DNA of 63,565 nucleotides, counting the filler, from Deltaproteobacteria bacterium (GTDB lineage: Bacteria; CG2-30-53-67): the NCBI GenBank assembly GCA_013151235.1. It is 2 parts of 2 records of this genome, joined end to end, with 100 filler letters (N's around TTAATTAATTAA, not from the genome) between each part and the next. Parts side by side here need not be neighbours in the genome. Positions count along the whole stretch, not along the records: positions 1 to 31,712 come from JAADIO010000004.1; 1 more part is not named here. The stretch is one strand, 5' to 3'. Each line of letters opens with the position of its first letter. Position 1 is the first letter of the stretch. Of this stretch, positions 1-9,447 are shown piece by piece. The notes under the pieces were generated by a model. That model was not told where the DNA came from and made no database searches. It worked only from the letters and a program-made list of their open reading frames with translations. A program made the translations under genes and the position numbers.

Positions 1-98
1 ATTCCGTTCGTGTGGTTCGGAAAGTTTAATGGACCGTTCGTGGTGAGCCTGTCGAACCATGAACGGAATCCGGAAAACGACTTTTTACGACACCATCA
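1..98 (-). repeat. Partial copy of a ~205-bp palindromic MITE/REP-like element
   Basis: The reverse complement begins TGATGGTGTCGTAAAAAGTC...CCGGATTCCGTTCATGGTTCGACA and matches the starts of the copies at 21317 and 61306. Cut by the window edge. Confidence 0.8.
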
Positions 99-136
99 TT
101 TTTGCAGATCCGCATTCTTTTCACAAGAAGATTCCG

Positions 137-847
137 ATGAAAGAGAGAAAAGATCCCTGGTTTCCGAAAAAGGTCATTATCGCGCCCACCGACCCGATCT
201 ACAGTGCCGTACGGAGAGCCGGAGAGTCCTCCGGCCGGGACGGGAGGACGGCCCTCTTTCGGTATTGCCTTCTGCCTGCCTGCGGGAAAAAGACGGCTGC
301 GGCCGGACCGGCTCTCGGAGCACCGGCCGCAGCACTACTCATGGAACAGCTTGTTTCGAAAGGAGTCCGGGAGGTTCTGCTTTTCAGTGTCTGCGGCAGT
401 CTTGGCCCGGACCTGGAAATCGGTGACTTTTTTCTTCCCACCGGGGGGATCAGTGAGGAGGGGACATCCCACCTTTACCTGGAAGGCCCTGTTCCCCAAC
501 CATCAAAGAAACTCACGGAAAAGATCCGGACCGTCTGCCGGGCCCGGGAGTGGGAACTGAAGGAAGGAACCATCTGGACGACCGATGCCCCGGAACGGGA
601 GACACCGGAGAAAATTGCCCGATACCAAAAGGAAGGCGCATTCGCAGTAGATATGGAATTTACGGCCCTTGCAACAGTTGCTCATTATTACGGGATCGAG
701 TTTGCGGCACTGATGGTCATCTCCGATGAACGCCGGTCGGATGATACCCGGGTCGGGTTCCGAACCGGGAAGTTCCGAAAAAGATTGAGGGAGGGCGCTC
801 TCCTCTCCGTCGAAGCCGTCTCCTCATCGGCCCACCCTTACGCTTGA
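137..847 (+). CDS. Nucleoside phosphorylase family protein (PNP/UDP)
   Basis: Motifs GTIWTTDAP.RET and AVDMEFTAL, plus MVISD. Start set at ATG 137 because the upstream in-frame extension is repeat sequence. Confidence 0.8.
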   Translation: MKERKDPWFPKKVIIAPTDPIYSAVRRAGESSGRDGRTALFRYCLLPACGKKTAAAGPALGAPAAALLMEQLVSKGVREVLLFSVCGSLGPDLEIGDFFLPTGGISEEGTSHLYLEGPVPQPSKKLTEKIRTVCRAREWELKEGTIWTTDAPERETPEKIARYQKEGAFAVDMEFTALATVAHYYGIEFAALMVISDERRSDDTRVGFRTGKFRKRLREGALLSVEAVSSSAHPYA

Positions 848-945
848 TCCATATCCGGAAGGGGGTTGTCTGATGAAGAAGCGCAAGGTTGCCGAGTTTG
901 ACTCTATCTCCGCTGCGCCCTCTTTTCCACCTCGGGAAAGGACCA

Positions 946-1302
946 CTATTCATGAAGAATTCTCTTCAGGGCGTTTTTCATCTTCGTCAGGTCCGATGAC
1001 TTGACGATGTACTCTTCCGAGGCCCAGAGGGAAAAATCCTGTTTGTATTCCTCATAGGCCGAGCAGATGATCACGGGAATATCGCTCTCTTTCCGCTCCT
1101 TGATGAGCTTCAGCAGATTCACACCATCCATCCCGGGCATCTTGATATCAAGGATAATGGCATCCGGTTTACGGACGTCAAGCACTTCCAGCGCCTCATA
1201 CCCGTTGCTCGCCAGAAGGACATCATACCCTTCGTCCGTCAGTTCTTCCTTGTAGAGCGTTCGGATGTTCTCTTCGTCGTCAACAATCAGAATGGTTTTC
1301 AT
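946..1302 (-). CDS. Single-domain response regulator (receiver)
   Basis: ILIVDDEE, LDIKMPGMDG and conserved K in YIVKS. Confidence 0.95.
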   Translation of the reverse strand: MKTILIVDDEENIRTLYKEELTDEGYDVLLASNGYEALEVLDVRKPDAIILDIKMPGMDGVNLLKLIKERKESDIPVIICSAYEEYKQDFSLWASEEYIVKSSDLTKMKNALKRILHE

Positions 1303-1375
1303 TGCTCTCCCCTTTCGCGATAGAATACCTGGCCGAAATCCCTTCCAACATCGTTGGTGGTGGAATCGGACCGAC

Positions 1376-3820
1376 TCATGTGCTCCCCCGTTCCCGGGCT
1401 GAGAGCTTCAATGATGGACCTTCCCGCTCCTCGCCCACTTTGGCGGGCAACGTCACCAGAAAGGTCACCCCCACACCCGGATCGTTCTTGACCTGGATAT
1501 TACCACCATGCATCTCTACCACCCGATGGGTGATCGCAAGTCCGAGACCGGTCCCCGTATGTTTGGTGGTAAAAAAGGGATTGAAGATGTTGGTAATCAC
1601 ATCCTCCGGGATCCCCCCGCCCGTATCCTGCACGGAAATCACGACAGCCCCTTCGGTCTCATCACAGACACATTCGACGGTCAGGGTCCCTCCCTGGCTC
1701 ATCGCCTGCTGGGCATTGGACAGAAGGTTGATAAAGATCTGTTTGATCTGATTTGCATCGCCATGGACCTTCGGGATATTCTTTCCGATTTTCCTGACCA
1801 CCCGGATCCCGCAATCAATCAACCCCTCCTCCAGCACCTCCAGCCCATCGGAAAGCACCTCGGCCACATCGCATTCCTGAAAGACCGGTTCCGCCGAACG
1901 GGAAAACGCCAGAACCTCCTGCAGCACTTTCTCCAGACGGGCAACCTCCTTGACAATAATACGGGAATAACGTTTCTGAGGATTCTCCGGGTCCAGTTTT
2001 CCGTCAAGCCGCCGGGCAAATCCGCCGATGGAAACAAGAGGATTCCGGATCTCGTGGGCAATGCTCGCCGCCATCTCCCCCAAGGCCGCCATTTTTTCAG
2101 ACTGGATCAGGCGGTCCTGTAATTCCGTAAGGGAACGGTTGGCGTATTCCAGGTCGGAATAGACCCGGGCATTCTCAATGGCAAGCCCCGCCTGATTTGC
2201 GAAGAGTTCCAATCGCCTAAGATCCTCATTGGTGATCTCCCGCTTGTTGTACAGGTTATCAACGATGATCACCCCCACGACCCGGTCCTGCGAGATCAGG
2301 GGGACGGTGGCAAAGCTCTCAAACCCCATCGTTTCCAAGATTTCCGGATTGGTACGGGGGTCTTCCCATGCATTTTTGATATTGAACCCTTTTCGCTCCA
2401 GCACGGTCAGAACCATGATCCCCTGCCCGTATTCAACCGGAACCCGGATGCCTTTGGCCAATTGATCAAAACGGCTTCCCCGCCCTTCGACGGAAAATCC
2501 GACGGAGGAGATCCACTCCTTGAAACTCATATTCTTTGCACCGATCTCACTCCAGATCCGGTAGGCATCTTCGCCGCTGTCCGGGCCGACTCCGAGCATC
2601 CCCTGGAGGGTATTGGTCTTCTCATTAACCAGCAGAAGAACGGCACGATTGAAATTCAGTCCTCCACCGAACGTGACCGCCTTCAGGATGATCTGCAAAA
2701 GTTGATCGAGGTTCATGGTGGTATTCATGGCGTTGCTGATCTCGTAAAGGATGGCAAAATCATTGGCCCGTTTCGTATTCTCCCTCCGGAGGCGTTCCGC
2801 CCGCTCAAAGTTTCTGGCATTCTCCACCACCATCGCCCCCTGGTTGGCAACGGCCATGAGCAGATGGAGATCATCCTGATGGAAGGGGACGAACGTCCCG
2901 GCGGCATCGGTCTTCTCATGGAGCGACAGGGTCCCGATCACCCGCTCTTTGACGATCAGGGGAACGCAGAGGATGGAAGCAAAAAGCCGCTCGCTGGGAA
3001 GGAGATTCATCTCGCTCCGGTCCGGATCATTGATCATGCAGGGACTCCCGTCCCGGGCCACACAACCGGTCACCCCCTCTCCCAGGGGAACCATGGTACG
3101 GGAGATCAGATCGGGATCCGGATAGAGGCCGTACATCGATTTCACCTTAAGCATCCGATCCTCGTCGTCAAGGAGGTGAAGAATCGCTCCGCCGGCACCG
3201 ATCAGTTCGCTGCTCTTCCGGGTCATGAGGCCAATCAGTTCCTGGAATTCCAGAGTCGAGGTCAGGGCACGACCGAGATCGTAGAGAGCAACCAGTTCCT
3301 CGTACTGCTTGGAGACATCCAGGTAGAGCTGGGCATTCCGGACACTGCCGCTAATCCCGTCGGCAATGGAAAAGAGCAGGTGAATCTCATTTTCCGTAAA
3401 GGCCCTCGCCTCAATGGTCCAGACATCAATTACACCGAGGCACTTTCCCAAATAGAGGATCGGGGCGGAAATCATGGAGCAATACTTCTCTTCCCCGCAG
3501 CCGGGAAAGTCCCGGCGCCGATCGTCCTGACGAATGTCCCGGATGGCCACCGGCGATTTTTCCGCAGCAACCCAGCCGGTGATCCCTTCGCCGACATTCA
3601 GGGAGATCTCATTGATGCTCTCCGGATTGAGCCCAACGGCCGCCTTCATCGTCAGGCATGCGCGATTCCGGCGCATCAAATAGATGGCGCAGGCATCAAA
3701 GTGCATCTTCTCCACGATCTCTTCCACGACCTGGTTCAGCCGCTCATGAAGATCAAGAGTGGAATTACTGATCTTCAGAATGTCCCGGAGAAGTTCAAAT
3801 TCAATGATGCTTTTGTCCAT
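1376..3820 (-). CDS. Multi-GAF-domain sensor histidine kinase
   Basis: Three GAF-like repeats, H-box AHEIRNPL, N-box and G-boxes (DTGGG, GTGLGL). Confidence 0.93.
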   Translation of the reverse strand: MDKSIIEFELLRDILKISNSTLDLHERLNQVVEEIVEKMHFDACAIYLMRRNRACLTMKAAVGLNPESINEISLNVGEGITGWVAAEKSPVAIRDIRQDDRRRDFPGCGEEKYCSMISAPILYLGKCLGVIDVWTIEARAFTENEIHLLFSIADGISGSVRNAQLYLDVSKQYEELVALYDLGRALTSTLEFQELIGLMTRKSSELIGAGGAILHLLDDEDRMLKVKSMYGLYPDPDLISRTMVPLGEGVTGCVARDGSPCMINDPDRSEMNLLPSERLFASILCVPLIVKERVIGTLSLHEKTDAAGTFVPFHQDDLHLLMAVANQGAMVVENARNFERAERLRRENTKRANDFAILYEISNAMNTTMNLDQLLQIILKAVTFGGGLNFNRAVLLLVNEKTNTLQGMLGVGPDSGEDAYRIWSEIGAKNMSFKEWISSVGFSVEGRGSRFDQLAKGIRVPVEYGQGIMVLTVLERKGFNIKNAWEDPRTNPEILETMGFESFATVPLISQDRVVGVIIVDNLYNKREITNEDLRRLELFANQAGLAIENARVYSDLEYANRSLTELQDRLIQSEKMAALGEMAASIAHEIRNPLVSIGGFARRLDGKLDPENPQKRYSRIIVKEVARLEKVLQEVLAFSRSAEPVFQECDVAEVLSDGLEVLEEGLIDCGIRVVRKIGKNIPKVHGDANQIKQIFINLLSNAQQAMSQGGTLTVECVCDETEGAVVISVQDTGGGIPEDVITNIFNPFFTTKHTGTGLGLAITHRVVEMHGGNIQVKNDPGVGVTFLVTLPAKVGEEREGPSLKLSARERGST

Positions 3821-3825
3821 CGCCC

Positions 3826-5325
3826 CTACCTGCCCTGTAGTACATTGGAATCCTCACGATCCCGACCGGAAGGATTCGAAAGATCTTTCAGCAGTTCCTC
3901 GTACAACCCTACGTACTCCCGTGCCGACCGTTCCCAGGAAAAATCACAGGCCATGGCATTGGCCCGTAGCCGTTTCCATGCCGCCGGGATTCTGTATACC
4001 GCCAGCGCTTCCTGCAAGGTTTTCAGGAGCGCAGCGGATGAGTAATCGGAAAACTTGAACCCGTTTCCGAACCCCGTTCCTGTATCAAAGGAAAGAATTG
4101 TGTCATCCAGGCCTCCCGTGGCACGGACGATCGGAACCGTGCCGTATTTGAGACTATACATCTGGTTTAACCCGCAAGGTTCATAACGGGAAGGCATCAG
4201 GAAAAAGTCCGCTCCGGCTTCAATGAGATGGGCCAGGGAATCGTTATATCCAACGCGCAGACCAAATCGGTCGGGAAAGGCATCGACCAGCGCCGCGAGA
4301 CCTTTGCGATATCGTTCCTCTCCATCGCCCAACACCACCAATGAAAGATCCATGATGGAAAGTTTCTCGGCACTTTCGACGATCAGATCGAATCCTTTCT
4401 GGTCGGTCAGGCGGGAGACACACCCGATGAGGGGACGGGATTGCGGTCCCTTGAGCCCAAACTCCTTCTTCAGCGCACGTTTGCAGACCGCCTTTCCATC
4501 CAGGGCGTCCGGAGAATACCGGGCGGGAATCAGGGGGTCCGTTTTCGGATCCCAGCAGGAATAATCAACCCCGTTGATGATCCCCACGAGGTCCCGGGAG
4601 CGTTCCTGCAACACACCCTCCAAGCCGGATCCATATTCCGGTGTCCGGATCTCTTCGGCATAACGCCGGCTGACCGTGGTGATCCGGTCCGCAGCGATGA
4701 GCCCGGCCTTGAGAAAATTGATCTTCCCGTAGAACTCGATTCCCCGGGGCGTAAACAGATCCCAGCCCAGCCCGGTGAGGGGCATTTCCCCGCGTGCAAA
4801 GAGGCCCTGATAACCGAGATTGTGAATGGTAAAGACAGAGGCAATCTCATGAGAGAAGGCGGGCCCCCGGCCGGTCTTCAGATAGAGAGCGGCCAATGCG
4901 GTCTGCCAGTCGTTCAGGTGGAGAATGTCCGGTACGAAATCGAGAGTTTTGACGGCCTCCAGGACGGCCCGGGAAAAGAAGATGAAACGGGAGGCATTAT
5001 CCGGATAGTCCCCTCTGCCCGAACCGTAGAGACCTTCCCGGTCGAAGTAGGGATCATAGCCCACGAGATAGACCGGGACCCCTGACGGGAGTTCGGCAAG
5101 GGCCAAAGAGCCGGGGTGGATCTCATCCCCGACCCGGATCGCAACCTTCTTCCCCATTTCCTTTATCGGGATGCCGGCTTTCCCGACCGAGCGGTACCGG
5201 GGCATGATGACGCGGACATCATGTCCCAAGGCCTTCAGTGCCGAGGGGAGGCTTGCCGCCACATCGGCCAGGCCCCCGGTCTTGGCGAAAGGAACGACCT
5301 CGGAGGCTGCAAAGAGTATCTTCAT
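3826..5325 (-). CDS. glgA: Glycogen synthase
   Basis: MKILFAASEVVPFAKTGGLADV and MPSRYEPCGLNQMY; start at ATG 5325. Confidence 0.96.
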   Translation of the reverse strand: MKILFAASEVVPFAKTGGLADVAASLPSALKALGHDVRVIMPRYRSVGKAGIPIKEMGKKVAIRVGDEIHPGSLALAELPSGVPVYLVGYDPYFDREGLYGSGRGDYPDNASRFIFFSRAVLEAVKTLDFVPDILHLNDWQTALAALYLKTGRGPAFSHEIASVFTIHNLGYQGLFARGEMPLTGLGWDLFTPRGIEFYGKINFLKAGLIAADRITTVSRRYAEEIRTPEYGSGLEGVLQERSRDLVGIINGVDYSCWDPKTDPLIPARYSPDALDGKAVCKRALKKEFGLKGPQSRPLIGCVSRLTDQKGFDLIVESAEKLSIMDLSLVVLGDGEERYRKGLAALVDAFPDRFGLRVGYNDSLAHLIEAGADFFLMPSRYEPCGLNQMYSLKYGTVPIVRATGGLDDTILSFDTGTGFGNGFKFSDYSSAALLKTLQEALAVYRIPAAWKRLRANAMACDFSWERSAREYVGLYEELLKDLSNPSGRDREDSNVLQGR

Positions 5326-5398
5326 CTTTTCCTCCGCCCGGGGGGAGATCCCCCCCCAGGGCCGGCTCAGGCCCCGTCTGCCCCGCCTGTTCAGATGA

Positions 5399-6397
5399 TC
5401 AGACGCGGGCTTCCCGAAGGAACTCCGCCGCCTCCTCCGGAGGAGTCGGGTTGATATAAAATCCCGACCCCCATTCAAAGCCGGCAACCTTCGTCAGTTT
5501 CGGCATAATCTCAATGTGCCAGTGGTAATGGTCATTGATCTCTTCTCCAATGGGAGAAGTATGGAGAATGTAGTTGTAGGGGGGCACGTTCAGGATCTTG
5601 TCGATCCGCTTCAGGGTATCCTGCAGGATCCAGGCCAGGGGAGGGATCTCATCCCGTTCCATAATCTCGTAAGAGGAGGCATGATGTTTCGGTAGGATCC
5701 AGGTCTCAAAGGGGAACCGCGGGGTAAAAGGCTCGATGGCCAGATAATGCTCGTTTTCCGAAACGACCCGGGTCCGGGTTTCCAATTCCTGATGCACGAT
5801 GTCGCAATAGACACACCGCTCCTTGTACTTGTAGTGGACCTGGGCGCCTTTGATCTCCTCGGCAACCCGTTTCGGAACGATCGGAAGGGCAATCAACTGG
5901 GAATGGGAATGTTCCAGGGAGGCGCCGGCTGAAACCCCTTCATTCTTGAAAACCAGAATATACTTGAAACGGGAATCCCGTTTCAGATCGACGATCCGTT
6001 CCCGGTAGGCCCAGAGCATGTCTTCCACCTTTTCCACAGGAAGAGTACTTAAGGTCTTTTCGTGACGGGGGGTCTCAATGATGACTTCGTGGGCCCCCAC
6101 GCCGTTCATCGTATCGTAAATCCCGTCTCCCCGTTTCTCTAACTCCCCTTCAATCTGCAGGGCGGGAAATTTATTGGCTACGACACGCAAACTCCAACCC
6201 TCTCCGTTCGGAGCGGAATCGTTTTTACGAAAGGCCAGGATTTCCGGCGGCGTTACTTTCTCGTTCCCGAAACAGAAGGGGCAGAATCCCCCGCTACTCT
6301 TGTGGAGGGTCTCTCCGAAATCGGTCGGCCGTTTTCCCCGGGCTGTGGAGATGATCACCCACCGCCCAATGATCGGGTCTTTCCGCAATTCAGGCAT
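5399..6397 (-). CDS. galT: Galactose-1-phosphate uridylyltransferase (GalT family)
   Basis: MPELRKDP, CPFC, GASLEHSHSQ motif. Confidence 0.92.
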   Translation of the reverse strand: MPELRKDPIIGRWVIISTARGKRPTDFGETLHKSSGGFCPFCFGNEKVTPPEILAFRKNDSAPNGEGWSLRVVANKFPALQIEGELEKRGDGIYDTMNGVGAHEVIIETPRHEKTLSTLPVEKVEDMLWAYRERIVDLKRDSRFKYILVFKNEGVSAGASLEHSHSQLIALPIVPKRVAEEIKGAQVHYKYKERCVYCDIVHQELETRTRVVSENEHYLAIEPFTPRFPFETWILPKHHASSYEIMERDEIPPLAWILQDTLKRIDKILNVPPYNYILHTSPIGEEINDHYHWHIEIMPKLTKVAGFEWGSGFYINPTPPEEAAEFLREARV

Positions 6398-6613
6398 ACG
6401 CTCTCCTATGATTCAGAACCGCAAAAAACGTCTATTTTGAAACAACTTAGAACCCTCGGAAACATTTAAAAAATATACCACCTCCGTCAAAAAGAAGCAA
6501 CACAAAACTTTGAATTTTCTTCGCTTTCTCCTTGACAGCAGCGGACGGAACGTTGAAAATATCCTTGAGTTTTTTTCGACCGGTATCACATTCCACCCCC
6601 CGGGGAGGGAAGG

Positions 6614-7105
6614 ATGAGGAGAAACCCTATCAGACGGAAAGGCCTGCCGACCCGCACCGGCCGGACACTGGAGAAACTCCTGAAGGATCTCGGCGTCGAT
6701 TTCATCCTGAAGCGGCACCATCTCTGGACCTGCTGGGAAAAGGTGGTGGGAGAGAAGATCGCCGCCCACACGCATCCCGACTTCATCTCCGGGAAAAGTC
6801 TTTTTATGATTGTAGATCATCCAACCTGGATGCACCAGCTCAACTTTCTCAAGGAGCAGCTCCTTTCCAACATCAACCGGGAACTGCGGACACAGCCGAT
6901 CACGGAGATCCGGTTCCGCCTCGGCATTCTTCCGGTCCGGACGCAGCCCCCACCGCAAAAAGAACCCGAACATTGCCCCATCAGTCCCGAGACCTACCGG
7001 GAGGTGGAAACTTCCCTACAGAAAATAGACTCCCCTGAGTTGCGTGAGACGGTTCGCCGCGTCATGCTGCAAGACCTTGCCCTGAAAGGAAAAGGGGAAC
7101 GTTGA
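6614..7105 (+). CDS. DUF721/DciA family protein
   Basis: WEKVVGEKIAAHTHP...WMHQLNFLKEQLLSNIN...EIRF pattern. Confidence 0.8.
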   Translation: MRRNPIRRKGLPTRTGRTLEKLLKDLGVDFILKRHHLWTCWEKVVGEKIAAHTHPDFISGKSLFMIVDHPTWMHQLNFLKEQLLSNINRELRTQPITEIRFRLGILPVRTQPPPQKEPEHCPISPETYREVETSLQKIDSPELRETVRRVMLQDLALKGKGER

Positions 7106-7194
7106 AACCTCCTCTCCGGGAAGTACTTTATTGCAATCTCACGTTGTTCCATTAACGGAAGCAGATGTTCTTCCTGAGGCATTGAGATCATTTT

Positions 7195-8115
7195 ATGAAA
7201 AAGAGATCTGAAGACCATGGAAAAAACCGGCGGCAACCGGAGGCGAAAGGGACCGCCCTCGTCAAGAGCGACGCCCTGCACCGCTACATGGCTGAAATTC
7301 GCCGGTATCCTCTCCTCTCCCGTGAAGAAGAGTACCGGCTCGCCGTCCGCTATTATGAAACGGGGGATCCTGATGCCGCCCAGCAACTCGTCCTCGGGAA
7401 TCTGCGTCTGGTCATCAAAATCGCCTTCGATTTCGTCCGGCTCTACCAGAACACCCTTGACCTGGTTCAGGAGGGAAATATCGGACTGCTGCAGGCCGTC
7501 AAAAAGTACAACCCCTTCAAGGGGGTCAAGCTCTCCACCTATGCCGCCTGGTGGATTCGGGCCTATATTCTGAAGTTTATCATGAACAACTACCGCATCT
7601 ACAAGATCGGAACGACGGAAGCACAAAAGAAACTTTTCTACAAACTGAATCAGGAGATGGAGAAACTGGACGCCCTCGGTGAAATACCCAGTCCCAAGCT
7701 GCTGGCCCGCCACTTCGATGTCCGGGAATCGGATGTGGTCGAGATGCAACAGATCCTGAAAGAAGACGATCTCTCCCTTGATGCACCGATTCAGGATGAT
7801 TCCCAGACACCCCTGATGCATTTTTTCTCGTCCGGGGAACGTCCTGTGGATGAACGACTGGCCGAGGAGGAACTGATGGAGGCCTTTCGGGAGAAACTCC
7901 GGGAGTTCTCAGGAACGCTTTCGGAGAAGGAGGAAGCCATCCTTCAGCAGCGCCTCCTGTCCGATCCCCCGGCAACACTTCAGGTAATCGGAGACGCTCA
8001 CCGGATCAGTCGGGAGCGGGTACGGCAGATTGAAAAACGGGTCATGAAAAAACTGAAAGAGTATCTTGCGCAATTCAAGGAATTCGACGGTATCGAAATT
8101 GATCGCTCCTCTTGA
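7195..8115 (+). CDS. rpoH: RNA polymerase sigma factor, RpoH/sigma-32-like
   Basis: DLVQEGNIGL, STYAAWWIRA, RpoH-box-like IGTTEAQKKLFYKL, ISRERVRQIE. Confidence 0.85.
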   Translation: MKKRSEDHGKNRRQPEAKGTALVKSDALHRYMAEIRRYPLLSREEEYRLAVRYYETGDPDAAQQLVLGNLRLVIKIAFDFVRLYQNTLDLVQEGNIGLLQAVKKYNPFKGVKLSTYAAWWIRAYILKFIMNNYRIYKIGTTEAQKKLFYKLNQEMEKLDALGEIPSPKLLARHFDVRESDVVEMQQILKEDDLSLDAPIQDDSQTPLMHFFSSGERPVDERLAEEELMEAFREKLREFSGTLSEKEEAILQQRLLSDPPATLQVIGDAHRISRERVRQIEKRVMKKLKEYLAQFKEFDGIEIDRSS

Positions 8116-8179
8116 CATCCCCTTGTTCACGATTATCTTTTCCTTAACAAGAAGATTCAATGAGTCGGCCGCTCATGAA
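8112..8179 (+). promoter_or_regulatory. Putative hsp20 promoter with downstream inverted repeat
   Basis: TTGACA-16-TATCTT, followed by the dyad TTCAATGAG-N7-CTCATGAA. Confidence 0.45.
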
Positions 8180-8215
8180 GGTGACTTCAATAACCCTTGA
8201 AAAGGAGGGAAGGCC

Positions 8216-8647
8216 ATGTCCATTTTAACTGCATACGATCCGCTTGTCACGTTTAACACACTCAATGAATGGTTCAATGGAGAACTTCAGGACGATCCAA
8301 CGGCCCGGGTAGAGAGGAATTGGTATCCTGCCGTCGATATCCTGGAAAATGAAGATGCCTTTCTTATCAAAATTGAACTCCCCGAAGTCGATGAGAAGGC
8401 CATCGACATGAAGATCGACCATCAGGTTCTCTCGATCCGGGGTGAACGAAAGATGGAGGAAGAGGGCGAAAAACTGAAGATCCGACGCCGGGAACGGAGT
8501 CATGGATCCTTCGAGCGGGCCTTCCGGCTTCCCGATACCGTGGATTGCGAAAAGGTACACGCTGCGATGAAGCAGGGAGTACTCACGATCACCCTTCCCA
8601 AGAAGGAAGAGACCAAGCCGAGAACCGTCAAAGTGGAAATCAAATAG
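8216..8647 (+). CDS. Hsp20/alpha-crystallin small heat shock protein
   Basis: PAVDILE, ERSHGSFERAFRLP, GVLTITLPK. Confidence 0.95.
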   Translation: MSILTAYDPLVTFNTLNEWFNGELQDDPTARVERNWYPAVDILENEDAFLIKIELPEVDEKAIDMKIDHQVLSIRGERKMEEEGEKLKIRRRERSHGSFERAFRLPDTVDCEKVHAAMKQGVLTITLPKKEETKPRTVKVEIK

Positions 8648-8679
8648 GAATCACAACCCCCGCCTGATTTCCTCCTCCG

Positions 8680-8709
8680 GGGAGGCGGAACAATCCGCCT
8701 CCCTTTTTT
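8680..8709 (+). terminator. Rho-independent terminator
   Basis: GGGAGGCGGA-ACAA-TCCGCCTCCC followed by T6, between convergent genes. Confidence 0.8.
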
Positions 8710-9376
8710 ATTCTCTTGCTGATTGCCGCCAGACATGAACCTCTCGGGCGATCTCCCGATCAAGGGCAAGCGTGGTCTCTTCAAAAAGGATCACCAGGGC
8801 CGGCTGCCGCTGATGGACCTTGATCGTCGTTCCGGGAAAGAGCCCCATGGAGGTCAATTGATCGAGACGTTCATGGTCCCCCGTGGAGATATAGGCGATC
8901 TTTCCTTCGGCACCGGTCGCCAGTTCATCGAGCGGTGCAATGAGACTCTTGAGTCTTGTCCGTTTCTCTGAGCAGCAGGCACCGGGTGGAATGGGCCGGC
9001 CATGGGGACAGGCTGTGGGGTGCCCCAGGAGGGTACAGATGCTGTCCGTCAGTTCCTCCGTCAGAACATGCTCCAGGTCACAGGCCGACTCCTCAAAAAG
9101 ATCGGCATTCTTTACGACCAGCACATCGGAAATCAACCTTTCCGCAAGTCGATGTCGCCGGATAATCCGCTCGGCCAGAACCTTGCCCTCCGCCGTGGAA
9201 CGAACACGCCCCCCTCCGTCAACGTCAATCAGTTTTTCCCGGCAGAGAAAATCGATCTGGTCCGACGACAGAGGATGGTGTAGGTGCTCCGCCTGCAGAT
9301 CCTCACGGCGAACCTCCCCTTTTTCCTCCAGTGTTCCGACCAGTTCCATCGCCTCTTCCCGATCGATACGTTCCAT
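8708..9376 (-). CDS. DtxR/MntR-family metal-dependent regulator with C-terminal FeoA domain
   Basis: RRHRLAERL, ACDLEH, LGHPTACPHGRPIP; FeoA-like LTSMGLFPG. Confidence 0.9.
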   Translation of the reverse strand: MERIDREEAMELVGTLEEKGEVRREDLQAEHLHHPLSSDQIDFLCREKLIDVDGGGRVRSTAEGKVLAERIIRRHRLAERLISDVLVVKNADLFEESACDLEHVLTEELTDSICTLLGHPTACPHGRPIPPGACCSEKRTRLKSLIAPLDELATGAEGKIAYISTGDHERLDQLTSMGLFPGTTIKVHQRQPALVILFEETTLALDREIAREVHVWRQSARE

Positions 9377-9447
9377 GACCGTCTCCTTGAAATCAATGTC
9401 GGTTCAGCAATCCATCCGTTCCCGGATCCCCTGCTCCTGCCTTTCCA

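Noticed and set aside
10-136. ORF starts at 10 and 59, and ORFs 21378-21803 and 61399-61596
   Set aside because: They are translations of the palindromic repeat elements or tRNA
2462-4045. Long antisense ORFs (e.g. 2462-4045, 11793-12791, 15829-16923, 53598-54521)
   Set aside because: They are shadow frames of well-supported genes in GC-rich DNA
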